Below, piece after piece: positions 17,952 through 26,659 of a stretch of DNA of 32,000 nt. This stretch comes from Methanothermus fervidus DSM 2088 (GTDB taxonomy: Archaea > Methanobacteriota > Methanobacteria > DSM-2088 > Methanothermaceae). Both the position numbers and the translations under genes were made by a program. Under the pieces are notes generated by a model. That model was not told where the DNA came from. It saw only the letters and a program-made list of their open reading frames with translations, and did not search any database. Position 1 is the stretch's first letter. Each line of letters begins with the position of its first letter. The stretch spans positions 1,110,001-1,142,000 of the forward strand of contig CP002278.1 in assembly GCA_000166095.1 (NCBI GenBank), in the 5' to 3' direction.

Positions 17952-18445
17952 GCTTCATCAACAACTATTGTAGTTTTTTTACCAGTTAATTTTTGTATTA
18001 TTTCATTTAAATTATTTAGATCTCCCGGAATCCTAGAGCTATCTTCTTTTGCAACCCTTATTTTAAATTTTTTCTTTCCATCAACAGTGTAAACAATATT
18101 TATGCCAGAAATTGTTGCAGGAGCTAAAACATCCTCTGCTACAGATCTTAAATCTTTATTTTCACCAACAACTCTAACCTTTTTTCCAATAGCTCTTGCT
18201 ATTCTTTTAACGATTTTACCACCTTTACCAATTAATTTTCCAACTTCATCTTTTTTTGTAATTATGACTACTACATCTCCCATGTCTATTGCTTTTTTAA
18301 ATCCAATTTTTCCTTTGCCGATCCTATAGAGTATCTTTGATATTTCATACTCTAGTTTGCTCACCTCTCCTTTCCTAAGTTTTTCTTCACAACCTTGACA
18401 CAAAATCCCACTTTTCAAACATACATCACATATTGGTAATCCCAT
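17948..18445 (-). CDS. Zinc-ribbon plus NusA-type KH-domain RNA-binding protein
   Basis: 165 aa. N-terminal CDVC...CQGC, KH signature LIGKGGKIVKRI. The stop overlaps the coaBC ATG (ATGA). Confidence 0.55.
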   Translation of the reverse strand: MGLPICDVCLKSGILCQGCEEKLRKGEVSKLEYEISKILYRIGKGKIGFKKAIDMGDVVVIITKKDEVGKLIGKGGKIVKRIARAIGKKVRVVGENKDLRSVAEDVLAPATISGINIVYTVDGKKKFKIRVAKEDSSRIPGDLNNLNEIIQKLTGKKTTIVVDEA

Positions 18446-18484
18446 TATATAATCACCTCCTATAATTTTTCAAATTTAAGAAAT

Positions 18485-19000
18485 CTAAGAGATTTTAAAT
18501 GTACTAATAACAATGTCAAAATTTAGTTTTTCTTCTTTAAATTTATTTGGAGGGGCTGTACACAAAACTATATAAGCTTCGTCTCCATGAGGTATCCATA
18601 CGGCTCTCTGGATTTTTTCTTGTCCGTCACTGACCAGGTATATGCATTCTATTGCCTGATAGCCGTTGAAAGTTACGTTACTCTCTGATATTTTTTGATA
18701 CCTCGGATCACTGAAAAGTGCTGTGTAAGTCTCCTGATAAGTATCGTATAAACTCTTATTTAATTTCTTTTTTTGTATAACAACTGATACGGTTGCAAAG
18801 CCAGAACTATTCACAGATTTTGGATCTGCAACTGCACATATGACATCAGGATTTTTTGGCGTTGCAACTACCCAATCTTTTGGATATTCAAAAGATATAT
18901 TATCTTTTGAAAAGACATTTCTATCTGTGTTTAATGTATATGCATAACCAAGTATAAAGACAATGGAAAGTAGTAATATGAATAATACAATTTTTCTCAA
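18485..19000 (-). CDS. Hypothetical exported protein with an N-terminal signal/anchor; possibly a PsbP/DcrB-like fold
   Basis: 171 aa. N-terminus MRKIVLFILLLSIVFILGYA, then a soluble beta-rich domain (ISFEYPKDW...). The fold assignment is only an impression. Confidence 0.4.
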   Translation of the reverse strand: MRKIVLFILLLSIVFILGYAYTLNTDRNVFSKDNISFEYPKDWVVATPKNPDVICAVADPKSVNSSGFATVSVVIQKKKLNKSLYDTYQETYTALFSDPRYQKISESNVTFNGYQAIECIYLVSDGQEKIQRAVWIPHGDEAYIVLCTAPPNKFKEEKLNFDIVISTFKIS

Positions 19001-19011
19001 CTGTTTCCCTC

Positions 19012-19548
19012 CTATCCACTAATATTTTGACTTGGAGTTGGATGGCTTTCAGATGGAGTAGGCTGTTGATAACTTTCAGGCTGGTAACTAATAGTTGGAT
19101 GTTGATAGCTTACATATCCCTGGGTTTCATTGGCAGTGAAATTCTGTGTGACATTTGTTGCATTACTAATACTTTGTGGAAAGGCTGTTTCATTTACAAA
19201 TACAACCGGTGTATGTGGTGAAAATTTTAAAACATATAAGCCAAATGCACTTCCTATTGCAAATGCAAGTAAGATTGTAACTAATATTGAACTTTTTATT
19301 TTACTTCCTTTATCTTTGTAATCCAAGTAGCTTTCCTTAAGCTCTTTTTTTCTTTTTTCAACTTTTGGTTTTTCTTTCTTAGGACTTTTCATTTGTTCTA
19401 AACGATCTAGAATCTTTAAAGCCTTCAATTCACTAGTGTACTTATTTTTGAGATTCCTATAAACATCTTCAGAAATTTTACCTTCCTTAAAATCCTTTTC
19501 TAATTTTTCTAATTTTTTTTCTAAGTCCCTTTTGCTAATACCTACCAT
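19012..19548 (-). CDS. Hypothetical single-pass membrane protein (charged coiled N-terminus, one TM, Q/P/S-rich tail)
   Basis: 178 aa. LEKKLEKLEKDFKEGKISEDVYRNLKNKY (SHOCT-like), TM ILVTILLAFAIGSAFGLYVL, low-complexity tail YQHPTISYQPESYQQPTPSESHPTPSQ. Confidence 0.4.
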   Translation of the reverse strand: MVGISKRDLEKKLEKLEKDFKEGKISEDVYRNLKNKYTSELKALKILDRLEQMKSPKKEKPKVEKRKKELKESYLDYKDKGSKIKSSILVTILLAFAIGSAFGLYVLKFSPHTPVVFVNETAFPQSISNATNVTQNFTANETQGYVSYQHPTISYQPESYQQPTPSESHPTPSQNISG

Positions 19549-19774
19549 CCCCTTCGGGATTTTGAAATAATAATAAAATTAAATTTTTTATAAAAAATTG
19601 AGCCCTAAGGCTTCATAAATTATATTCAAAAAATTTTGTAGGTAGTACTGTAATGCAATATAATATTTTGTCTCAATAATATAAAATTTTATCATAACTT
19701 CACTAATAAAACAAAAAGTTTTTTAGAGAAAATTCACATAAAAATCTCAAATATTTTTGGAGGGCATACATTTA

Positions 19775-20326
19775 ATGATTAAGATTGAATGTTATGATAA
19801 AAAAGGTGTTGAGGCATATGATCTCATTGTTAGACAGACAATTCAAGATTTACAATTAATTCATGCCATAAGAAATTTGAGGATATTCATGGATCCCAGA
19901 GAACCTGTTTTTATTATAATAGTAGAACCTGAGAAGACACCAGGACCTGTGTATCTTGATGATATATGTAGTTGGGAATACAAGGGCCCTAATCTTTACA
20001 TAAATGTTGAAAATGAAACATACTTACCAGATTTATTAAGAAAATTACGAGAATTAGGCATGGATGAGAAAGTCAGTCAGCCAAGCAGATTTGAGATAAT
20101 AATTGAAGATGCAGAAATTGATCCTAAAAAATTTATAGTCCGAGACCCTGCTGAAATATTGAGAATGAAAATTTATGATGCAATTTTTAGAATAATACCT
20201 GAAGGATTTAGAGTTATTGAAAATATATCTACTGACGAGTTAATAGGAATGGTTTGTAGTGATACAACGCTTAAAGAAGAATGGATAAAGAAAGGAAAAG
20301 CCATGATTGAGGAGATGAGGAGATAA
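19775..20326 (+). CDS. Conserved-looking hypothetical protein, function unknown; first gene of a coupled operon with nifB
   Basis: 183 aa from ATG 19775 (GGAGGG upstream; the ORF-track TTG 19757 is less likely). I recognise no catalytic motif. The stop is 2 nt before the nifB ATG. Confidence 0.5.
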   Translation: MIKIECYDKKGVEAYDLIVRQTIQDLQLIHAIRNLRIFMDPREPVFIIIVEPEKTPGPVYLDDICSWEYKGPNLYINVENETYLPDLLRKLRELGMDEKVSQPSRFEIIIEDAEIDPKKFIVRDPAEILRMKIYDAIFRIIPEGFRVIENISTDELIGMVCSDTTLKEEWIKKGKAMIEEMRR

Positions 20327-20328
20327 AC

Positions 20329-21183
20329 ATGACACCGCGTCAAACTAGATTTGCTCATTTTACTAAAGTACATCCTTGTTTTAATGAAAAATTGCATGAT
20401 AAGGTTGGGAGGATTCATCTCCCAATAGCTCCCAAATGTAACATCCATTGCAATTTTTGTGTAAGAGAAAAAAGTAAATGTAAAATTAGACCTGGTGTAA
20501 CGTCTAGGATAATGACAGTTGATGAAGCCATAAAACATGTAGAAAAAGTTACTAAAAAAATGAAAATATCTGTAATAGGCGTTGCTGGTCCTGGAGATCC
20601 ACTAGCAAATCCAGAAACCTTCGAATTTTTTAAAAAGGCTAAAAAAAAGTTTCCTAATCTTATAAAATGTTTGAGTACAAATGGATTGCTACTACCTGAA
20701 AAGAGTGAGGAATTAAAAAAATTAGGAATCAATACAATCACTGTAACTATAAATGCCATTGATCCCAAAATTGGAAAAAAGATATATTCATATGTTTTTT
20801 ATCATGGGAAGAAATATACTGGAGAAAAAGCTTTTAAAATATTATTAAAAAATCAACTTGAAGGAATAGAGAAAGTATCTGATAAAATATGTGTGAAGGT
20901 CAATACTGTGCTTATTCCTGGGCTAAATGATAAAGAGATTGTCAAAATTGCTAAAACTGTTAAGAAAAAAGGAGCTTCAATGATGAATATAATTCCACTC
21001 ATACCCTTAGGTAAAATGTCAAATTATAGAAGACCTACTTGTGAAGAGTTAGAAAAGGCTAGAAAAGAAGCTGAAAAAATAATACCTGTTTTTAGAGCAT
21101 GTAGTCAATGTCGTGCAGATGCATATGGAATTCCAGGAGGTAAAGATAAACATTTAGGAATGACACCATGGAGTCATTATTAG
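20329..21183 (+). CDS. nifB: NifB-type radical SAM protein (stand-alone catalytic domain, no NifX-like extension)
   Basis: 284 aa. HPCFNEKLHDKVGRIHLPIAPKCNIHCNFC (NifB N-terminal signature plus C...C..C), GPGDPLAN, CLSTNGLLLPE, VTINAIDP, NQLEGIEK, VLIPGLND, C-terminal CSQCRADA cluster ligands. Confidence 0.85.
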   Translation: MTPRQTRFAHFTKVHPCFNEKLHDKVGRIHLPIAPKCNIHCNFCVREKSKCKIRPGVTSRIMTVDEAIKHVEKVTKKMKISVIGVAGPGDPLANPETFEFFKKAKKKFPNLIKCLSTNGLLLPEKSEELKKLGINTITVTINAIDPKIGKKIYSYVFYHGKKYTGEKAFKILLKNQLEGIEKVSDKICVKVNTVLIPGLNDKEIVKIAKTVKKKGASMMNIIPLIPLGKMSNYRRPTCEELEKARKEAEKIIPVFRACSQCRADAYGIPGGKDKHLGMTPWSHY

Positions 21184-21184
21184 C

Positions 21185-22177
21185 ATGTTTGGAATTAAAG
21201 TGCATAAAAAAGACGCTCAAAAAGTGATAAAAAAATTACGTAAAAAATCATTGATATCTAAGGATTACAAAATAAAGAGAGATGACAATTTTGTATATAT
21301 ACCTATAAAAAAGATACCAGGAAATTTAAATTATGAAATAGTTGATATTGAGTTTGAGAAAATAAAAAAAGAGCCAAGATCTTTCATTGATTTATTAGAG
21401 GGTAAACTCAAAAAAGAAGAAATTAAAAAAATAAAAAAATCTTTTGACATAATAGGTGATATTGTCATTATTGAGGTTCCTGAAGAATTAGAAAAATATA
21501 AAAAATTAATTGGTAAGGCAGTGTTAGAATTTACAAAAAGAAAAGCTGTTTACATGAAAAAAAGTAAAATAAAAGGAATTAAGAGAATAAGAGATCTTGA
21601 ACATCTTGCCGGAGAAAAAATATCGGAAACCATACATCAAGAATATGGCACAAGAATAATGCTCGATGTAAAGAAAGTTTATTTTAGTCCGAGATTAGCA
21701 ACAGAAAGAGAAAGAGTTGCTAGTCAAGTTAAAGATGGTGAAGTTGTAGTAGATGCTTTTGCAGGTGTCGGTCCTTTTTCTCTTGCTATTGCAAGAAAAA
21801 AGAAAGCAAAAAAAATATATGCAATAGATATAAATCCTGATGCAATTCATTATCTTAAGAAAAATATAAAATTAAACAAAGCTTATGAGATAATTCCAAT
21901 TCAAGGAGATACTAGGAAAGTCCTTGAGGATTTGAAGATAAAATATGATCGTATAATTATGAATTTACCTGCTAAAGCTCACGAATTTTTAGATGTGGCA
22001 TTGAAATTTTTAAAAAAAGGTGGAGTAATACATTATTATGAATTTTCAAAAAATTTTGATACTCCTATTAATAGGATTAAAGAATATGCATCGAACGTCA
22101 AAATTCTCAATAAAAGAAAGGTAAAATCAAAAAGCCCAGGAGTATGGCATATAGCAATAGATGCAAAGATATTATAG
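21185..22177 (+). CDS. trm5: tRNA (guanine37-N1)-methyltransferase Trm5 (Trm5b-type, Met-10+ family)
   Basis: 330 aa. SAM motif VVDAFAGVGPFSLAIA, catalytic NLP loop IIMNLPAKA; the N-terminal extension is consistent with a D1 domain. Confidence 0.8.
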   Translation: MFGIKVHKKDAQKVIKKLRKKSLISKDYKIKRDDNFVYIPIKKIPGNLNYEIVDIEFEKIKKEPRSFIDLLEGKLKKEEIKKIKKSFDIIGDIVIIEVPEELEKYKKLIGKAVLEFTKRKAVYMKKSKIKGIKRIRDLEHLAGEKISETIHQEYGTRIMLDVKKVYFSPRLATERERVASQVKDGEVVVDAFAGVGPFSLAIARKKKAKKIYAIDINPDAIHYLKKNIKLNKAYEIIPIQGDTRKVLEDLKIKYDRIIMNLPAKAHEFLDVALKFLKKGGVIHYYEFSKNFDTPINRIKEYASNVKILNKRKVKSKSPGVWHIAIDAKIL

Positions 22178-23101
22178 AGGGTCAACCAATCCTTTCTCTG
22201 TGATTATTTTGGTTATGAGATCACTGGGGACAATGTCAAAGGCAGGATTGATAACATCTACATTTTTTGGTGCAATCCTACATTTTCCATAATATAGAAC
22301 TTCTTTAGGATTCCTTTCTTCAATTTCAATTTCATTTACATTTGATTCTTCATCAAAGGTACTTGTGGGTGCTGCAACATAAAATGGAACATTATATCTG
22401 TTGGCTGAAAGGGCAATCATTAAAGAACCAATTTTGTTGATTACCCCTCCTTTGGCAACTCTGTCTGCACCAATTATAACTTTATCTATATACTTCTTTT
22501 GCATTAAATATCCAGCTGCACTATCTACAATAAGTTTTACATTAATTCCCTCTTGCTGCATTTCCCAAGTACTTAATCTAGCTCCTTGACCTAGTGGGCG
22601 TGTCTCAGTACATATAACCTCAATATTTTTTCCTTCTTCTTTTGCAGCCCTAATAACCCCTAATGCTGTACCATAATCTACACATGCAAGTGCTCCAGCA
22701 TTACAATGTGTTAAAATAACATCTCCATCTTCTATTAATTTAGAACCGTGTTTCCCAATTTTTTTGTTTGTCTCAACATCTTCTTTATAAATTTTCAGGG
22801 CTTCGTCTATAGGAGAATCAGAATTTACAACCCTATCTACAGCCCAAAACAAATTTATAGCTGTTGGGCGAGTATTTTTTATTTCTTTGGCGGCCTTATT
22901 TATATCTTCTCCATTTATTTGTGCTAATGCAACTCCAAATGCAGCTGCAACACCAATAGCTGGAGCACCTCTAACAACCATATTTTTTATTGCATAAACG
23001 ACATCTTTATGATTTTTACATTCAAAATAGGTAACCTCGTCAGGCAACTTTCTTTGATCTAAAAGTAGAAGTTTGTTATCTTCCCAAATGATTGTTTTCA
23101 T
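22172..23101 (-). CDS. mtnA: Methylthioribose-1-phosphate isomerase family protein (MtnA / aIF-2B-related)
   Basis: 309 aa. WEDNKLLLLDQRKLP, AIKNMVVRGAPAIGVAAAFG, THCNAGALA, GADRVA.GGV.NKIGS. Confidence 0.8.
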   Translation of the reverse strand: MKTIIWEDNKLLLLDQRKLPDEVTYFECKNHKDVVYAIKNMVVRGAPAIGVAAAFGVALAQINGEDINKAAKEIKNTRPTAINLFWAVDRVVNSDSPIDEALKIYKEDVETNKKIGKHGSKLIEDGDVILTHCNAGALACVDYGTALGVIRAAKEEGKNIEVICTETRPLGQGARLSTWEMQQEGINVKLIVDSAAGYLMQKKYIDKVIIGADRVAKGGVINKIGSLMIALSANRYNVPFYVAAPTSTFDEESNVNEIEIEERNPKEVLYYGKCRIAPKNVDVINPAFDIVPSDLITKIITEKGLVDPL

Positions 23102-23123
23102 GTTATCTTTCCTCTATTAGTAG

Positions 23124-24182
23124 TTAAGAATGCTTTAACAAGCATTCTCTTCTTAACTTTAATAATTCTTTTTTCTTCTTTTCAAAGTCTTCAGGTTTTT
23201 TAACAATTTTTCTAATCTTTTTATGGATACATTCAACAACTTCATCTTTGTGGATCCAGAAACAATTTTCACAACTCCATACTTTCTTTTTTTTAATCCA
23301 ATATCCACCAGTTGATTGGTCACCACAGGGATAAAAAGGACAGAAACAAAACATACAATTTTGGTATGGGAAATGACATGGATAATATTCACATTCTAGA
23401 TTAGGACCTTTCTGAATTTTTCCTTCAAGGTATCTTTTGTAGTAATCACGTGCCAATTCATTAATTGGTTGTTTAATAACATAGCCTCTAGGAGTTATCA
23501 TGTAATTATTTTCTATGTATGTTAGTTTATTTCCAATAATTACAGTTGTTGACATGTCTATTTTTTCATTTTTTAAATTTTCAAGTTTAGTAATTTTCTT
23601 TTTTTCATTTCTAACAATTCCTACTGGTGTATCTGGTTTTAAATATTTGAGAAGCAAATCACAAACTTCAAAAAACAATTTTTTTCTTTTTTTGCTTGAA
23701 GGATTGTAAAGAACTATAATCATGTGGGATTTAGCTGCATGTTTAATTTTTTCTTTTATTTCATATACGGGTGTAAGTATGTCACTAAGACTTATTACAG
23801 CAAAATCATGTAGAGGTGCACCAACCTTAGATGCAGCATAAGTTGCAGCTGTAACACCTGGAATTACTTCTATTTCAAGGTCTGAATATTTTCCTATTAA
23901 TTGAAAAAGGACGTTTGCCATTCCATATACACCAGGATCACCAGAACTAATAAGTGCTACATCTTTACCTTCATAATGTTTTTGTATTGCTAATTCAGCC
24001 CTCTCTATTTCATCACCCATTCCTTTAACTATCACTTCTTTACCTTTAACTAAATCCTTTATCATTTCAATATATTTTTTATATCCTATAACTACATCAG
24101 ATTTTTTTAAAGCTTTCAAAGCACGCAAAGTTATATCTTCCCTACTAGGCCCTATACCAACAATTCTTATCAACAATATCAC
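23124..24182 (-). CDS. cbiH: Cobalt-factor III / precorrin-3B C17-methyltransferase CbiH with a C-terminal cysteine-rich domain
   Basis: 352 aa from a GTG start. N-terminal tetrapyrrole methylase motifs ([23 protein letters not shown]). The last ~100 aa are [25 protein letters not shown]...CENCFWIH...C. Confidence 0.8.
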   Translation of the reverse strand: MILLIRIVGIGPSREDITLRALKALKKSDVVIGYKKYIEMIKDLVKGKEVIVKGMGDEIERAELAIQKHYEGKDVALISSGDPGVYGMANVLFQLIGKYSDLEIEVIPGVTAATYAASKVGAPLHDFAVISLSDILTPVYEIKEKIKHAAKSHMIIVLYNPSSKKRKKLFFEVCDLLLKYLKPDTPVGIVRNEKKKITKLENLKNEKIDMSTTVIIGNKLTYIENNYMITPRGYVIKQPINELARDYYKRYLEGKIQKGPNLECEYYPCHFPYQNCMFCFCPFYPCGDQSTGGYWIKKKKVWSCENCFWIHKDEVVECIHKKIRKIVKKPEDFEKKKKELLKLRRECLLKHS

Positions 24183-24186
24183 CTAT

Positions 24187-24708
24187 CTATGACGATAATT
24201 TTGTTATGGAAATTATTTTAAGAGTGGCAACATCTATTCGAACTTTCTTGTCTTCAATAACCTTGCCTTTTGCAGAAGCTTTAATTAGGAATTTTTCACC
24301 AGGTTTAATTATTATTTCTCCACCTACATTAGTCATGTTTTCCTTAAAACCTGTGGCGGTAATATTTAAATCTACATTTTTTCCTATTTTAGCTCCATAT
24401 CCTACAACAATCATTGTATTTGTATCTATTCCATCTACCTTTGCAGCACTTCGTAGTGCATTAATGAGTTCAATTTTGTTTTCTACAACATAATTTTCAG
24501 GAGGTCCACGTAATACATTGGCTATTTTTTCTTTTATTCCATGAAGAGGCTTTAGCATGTTCAGTTGCATATTTATTAAATTATTTATATCTGGAGTTTG
24601 GGAAGTAACAAAGGTGTAAGATACGATTATCCCTAATTCGAAAAAAATTATGAATATTATCGCTAAGAACACTGTCCTTAAAACTGACAAGCTTATCACC
24701 TTTAACAC
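24187..24708 (-). CDS. Hypothetical membrane-anchored protein
   Basis: 173 aa. One N-terminal TM (VFLAIIFIIFFELGIIVSYTFV) followed by a soluble domain. No motif recognised. The stop is 4 nt before the cbiH start. Confidence 0.4.
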   Translation of the reverse strand: MLKVISLSVLRTVFLAIIFIIFFELGIIVSYTFVTSQTPDINNLINMQLNMLKPLHGIKEKIANVLRGPPENYVVENKIELINALRSAAKVDGIDTNTMIVVGYGAKIGKNVDLNITATGFKENMTNVGGEIIIKPGEKFLIKASAKGKVIEDKKVRIDVATLKIISITKLSS

Positions 24709-24775
24709 TTTTCAAAGATAATCTAGGCTATAATAATTTTTAAGCTAATAATTAATTAGCAAATATATTTTTGCT

Positions 24776-26188
24776 TTATGTTGCAGGAAGTTTTTCAACA
24801 GAAAGTACTTTAATTTTTGAGTTGTGTAAAACTGGCACTTGACCAGGAGTTGGTCTTATATTATGTATTTTCTGGAATTCTGTCTGTTCCTGAAAAGTAC
24901 CTGAATTTATTAAATGTATACCTTTATATTTTTTATAGTCATTTATATGTACATGTCCAGCATGGAAAATATCTGGAATAGTATCAATCACAAGATGATC
25001 TTCTGGTTCTGGAGCTATTGGAGTTCTAAGTCCATATATTGGTGCCAAATGTCTTTTTTCAAGTAATTCTGCCATTATTTCAGCAGGTTTATCATGTGAA
25101 AAATTAGCTGATATTGCCATATCGTCAAAACTTCTACCATGATATATCATAATTTTTAACCCATCAATACATATAATAGAAGGATTGCTAACAAATTCTG
25201 CATTTGGTAGATCATATAAGGCTTTAGCATATTCTTTTTCTAGGGGTTGTTGAGGTTCTGCAATTCTTGAGGCATCGTGGTTTCCAGGAGCTATTATTAT
25301 TTTTATATCCTTCCTTATCTCTCCTAATAAGCGTGCAGCTTCCTCATATTGTCCTTCGATATCTTTTATTGCCAGTTCTTTTTCTTGCCCCGGATATATA
25401 CCTACACCGTCAACAATGTCTCCAGCAATTATAATATATTCAATTTCTCCAGCTATATTTCCCCCTTCATTTATCCATGATATTAGTTTTTCAAAGGAAT
25501 TTTCAAGAAATTTAGAACTACCTATGTGTAAATCCGAAAGAAAGAGTATTGTACAATTTGAATTTTTTTCTTCGATTCTGGGAATTCCTGGTTGTATAAT
25601 CTCTGAAGCAGTGACAAATCTTCCATTTTTTTTGCCTATGACGCCTATTACTTCATCTTGCACTATATTTTCAGTTTTTTTAAACAAATCCCCATCTTTA
25701 TTTACAAATACTATACATTTACCAGTTTTATCTTCCAGTTCAATAATTTTATGATTTTTTTTGGTTGTCCTAACTTCATTTACAATTCCAGCTATTTTTA
25801 CTTCATTGTCACCAATATCTTTTATGTCTACAATTTTACCAAGTCTTTTTTCTAGTAACCCTCTCAACTTTTCATATCTATTGTGAAAATAATTAAGTAA
25901 ATTTTTGATATCTCCATCAGAATTTAGACTTTCAATATTCTTTATTATCTCCAGTTTGCTTCTCTTTTTCTTAATTTTTATTTTAGGAACTTGAGGTTTT
26001 TTCTCTATAAATACCTCTTCTACAATTTCATTAGTTATCAATGGAAATTCTAAATTTCTTTCAACATAATCTTTCAGTTTAGAAATTATTTCTTTATCAC
26101 TATTATCTAGATCTTTGAGTTTTTCATAAGCCTCTGGAGTAATCAATATATCATTCTTACTTAATTCTTCTAATAAATTAGATCCCAT
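24776..26188 (-). CDS. polB: DNA polymerase II (PolD) small subunit DP1, 3'-5' exonuclease
   Basis: 470 aa. OB-fold region plus calcineurin-like phosphoesterase motifs LSDLHIGS, AGDIVDG, GNHD, GHVH. Confidence 0.85.
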   Translation of the reverse strand: MGSNLLEELSKNDILITPEAYEKLKDLDNSDKEIISKLKDYVERNLEFPLITNEIVEEVFIEKKPQVPKIKIKKKRSKLEIIKNIESLNSDGDIKNLLNYFHNRYEKLRGLLEKRLGKIVDIKDIGDNEVKIAGIVNEVRTTKKNHKIIELEDKTGKCIVFVNKDGDLFKKTENIVQDEVIGVIGKKNGRFVTASEIIQPGIPRIEEKNSNCTILFLSDLHIGSSKFLENSFEKLISWINEGGNIAGEIEYIIIAGDIVDGVGIYPGQEKELAIKDIEGQYEEAARLLGEIRKDIKIIIAPGNHDASRIAEPQQPLEKEYAKALYDLPNAEFVSNPSIICIDGLKIMIYHGRSFDDMAISANFSHDKPAEIMAELLEKRHLAPIYGLRTPIAPEPEDHLVIDTIPDIFHAGHVHINDYKKYKGIHLINSGTFQEQTEFQKIHNIRPTPGQVPVLHNSKIKVLSVEKLPAT

Positions 26189-26227
26189 GTTTTCTAGAAC
26201 TCCTCATGATAATTAAAATTAATTTTC

Positions 26228-26234
26228 AAAAAAA
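26228..26234 (-). terminator. Oligo-T tract directly after tRNA-Gln
   Basis: Minus strand has a T7 beginning 5 nt after the tRNA discriminator base. Confidence 0.45.
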
Positions 26235-26238
26235 GTAA

Positions 26239-26310
26239 TAGTCCCGGGCGGAGTCGAACCGCCGTCACCGGGTCCAAAGCCCGGCAGGATTACCACTACC
26301 CCACGGGACT
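26239..26310 (-). tRNA. tRNA-Gln (anticodon UUG), no intron, no encoded CCA
   Basis: Minus strand AGUCCCG UG GGGU AGUGGUA AUCC U CCGGG CUUUGGA CCCGG UGAC GGCGG UUCGACU CCGCC CGGGACU A. It has a 7-bp acceptor stem with A1-U72, a 5-bp anticodon stem, U33, anticodon UUG, G37 and a T-loop UUCGACU. It is a GC-rich island in AT-rich DNA. Confidence 0.93.
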
Positions 26311-26337
26311 ATATGAAATATCAGTCAGTAAAATTAT

Positions 26338-26345
26338 GATATAAA
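26338..26345 (-). promoter_or_regulatory. TATA-box candidate for tRNA-Gln
   Basis: Minus strand TTTATATC lies 28-35 nt upstream of the mature tRNA 5' end, the expected archaeal TATA distance. Confidence 0.5.
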
Positions 26346-26447
26346 TCTTATTAATAAATTTTACGGTGAGGTAGATTGTAAATTAAAGCCTTTACTACAA
26401 AAAATTTTTAGAAGATCTCTCAAAACTTTTATAAAAATGAGTTTCAC

Positions 26448-26475
26448 TTATAACTTATAAGTTATAACTTATAAC
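26448..26475. repeat. Four tandem heptamers TTATAAC/TTATAAG forming a 20-nt perfect palindrome
   Basis: ttataac ttataag ttataac ttataac. The stretch ttataacttataagttataa equals its own reverse complement. It lies in the 349-nt divergent intergenic region between tRNA-Gln and the PIN_5 gene. Confidence 0.7.
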
Positions 26476-26659
26476 TCTCTAAGTTTGACTTAAATCAATG
26501 ACTTTAAACTGTCAGATAAATAATTTTGGTTATGAAAAATTAACTCAACTAATTTTACAAAATTGTTTTCCCTAAATGTTGTGTGTTATCCAACAGAAAT
26601 TTATAACCCAAAATTAATAAATTTATAGTTTGATAAAATAAAAAATTCATGGTGATCGT

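Noticed and set aside
26311-26659. Replication origin hypothesis for the long AT-rich spacer next to the PolD DP1 gene
   Set aside because: No cdc6/orc1 gene is adjacent and I could not recognise ORB/mini-ORB-type repeats. The only repeat is the heptamer palindrome. AT-richness is not distinctive in this genome.
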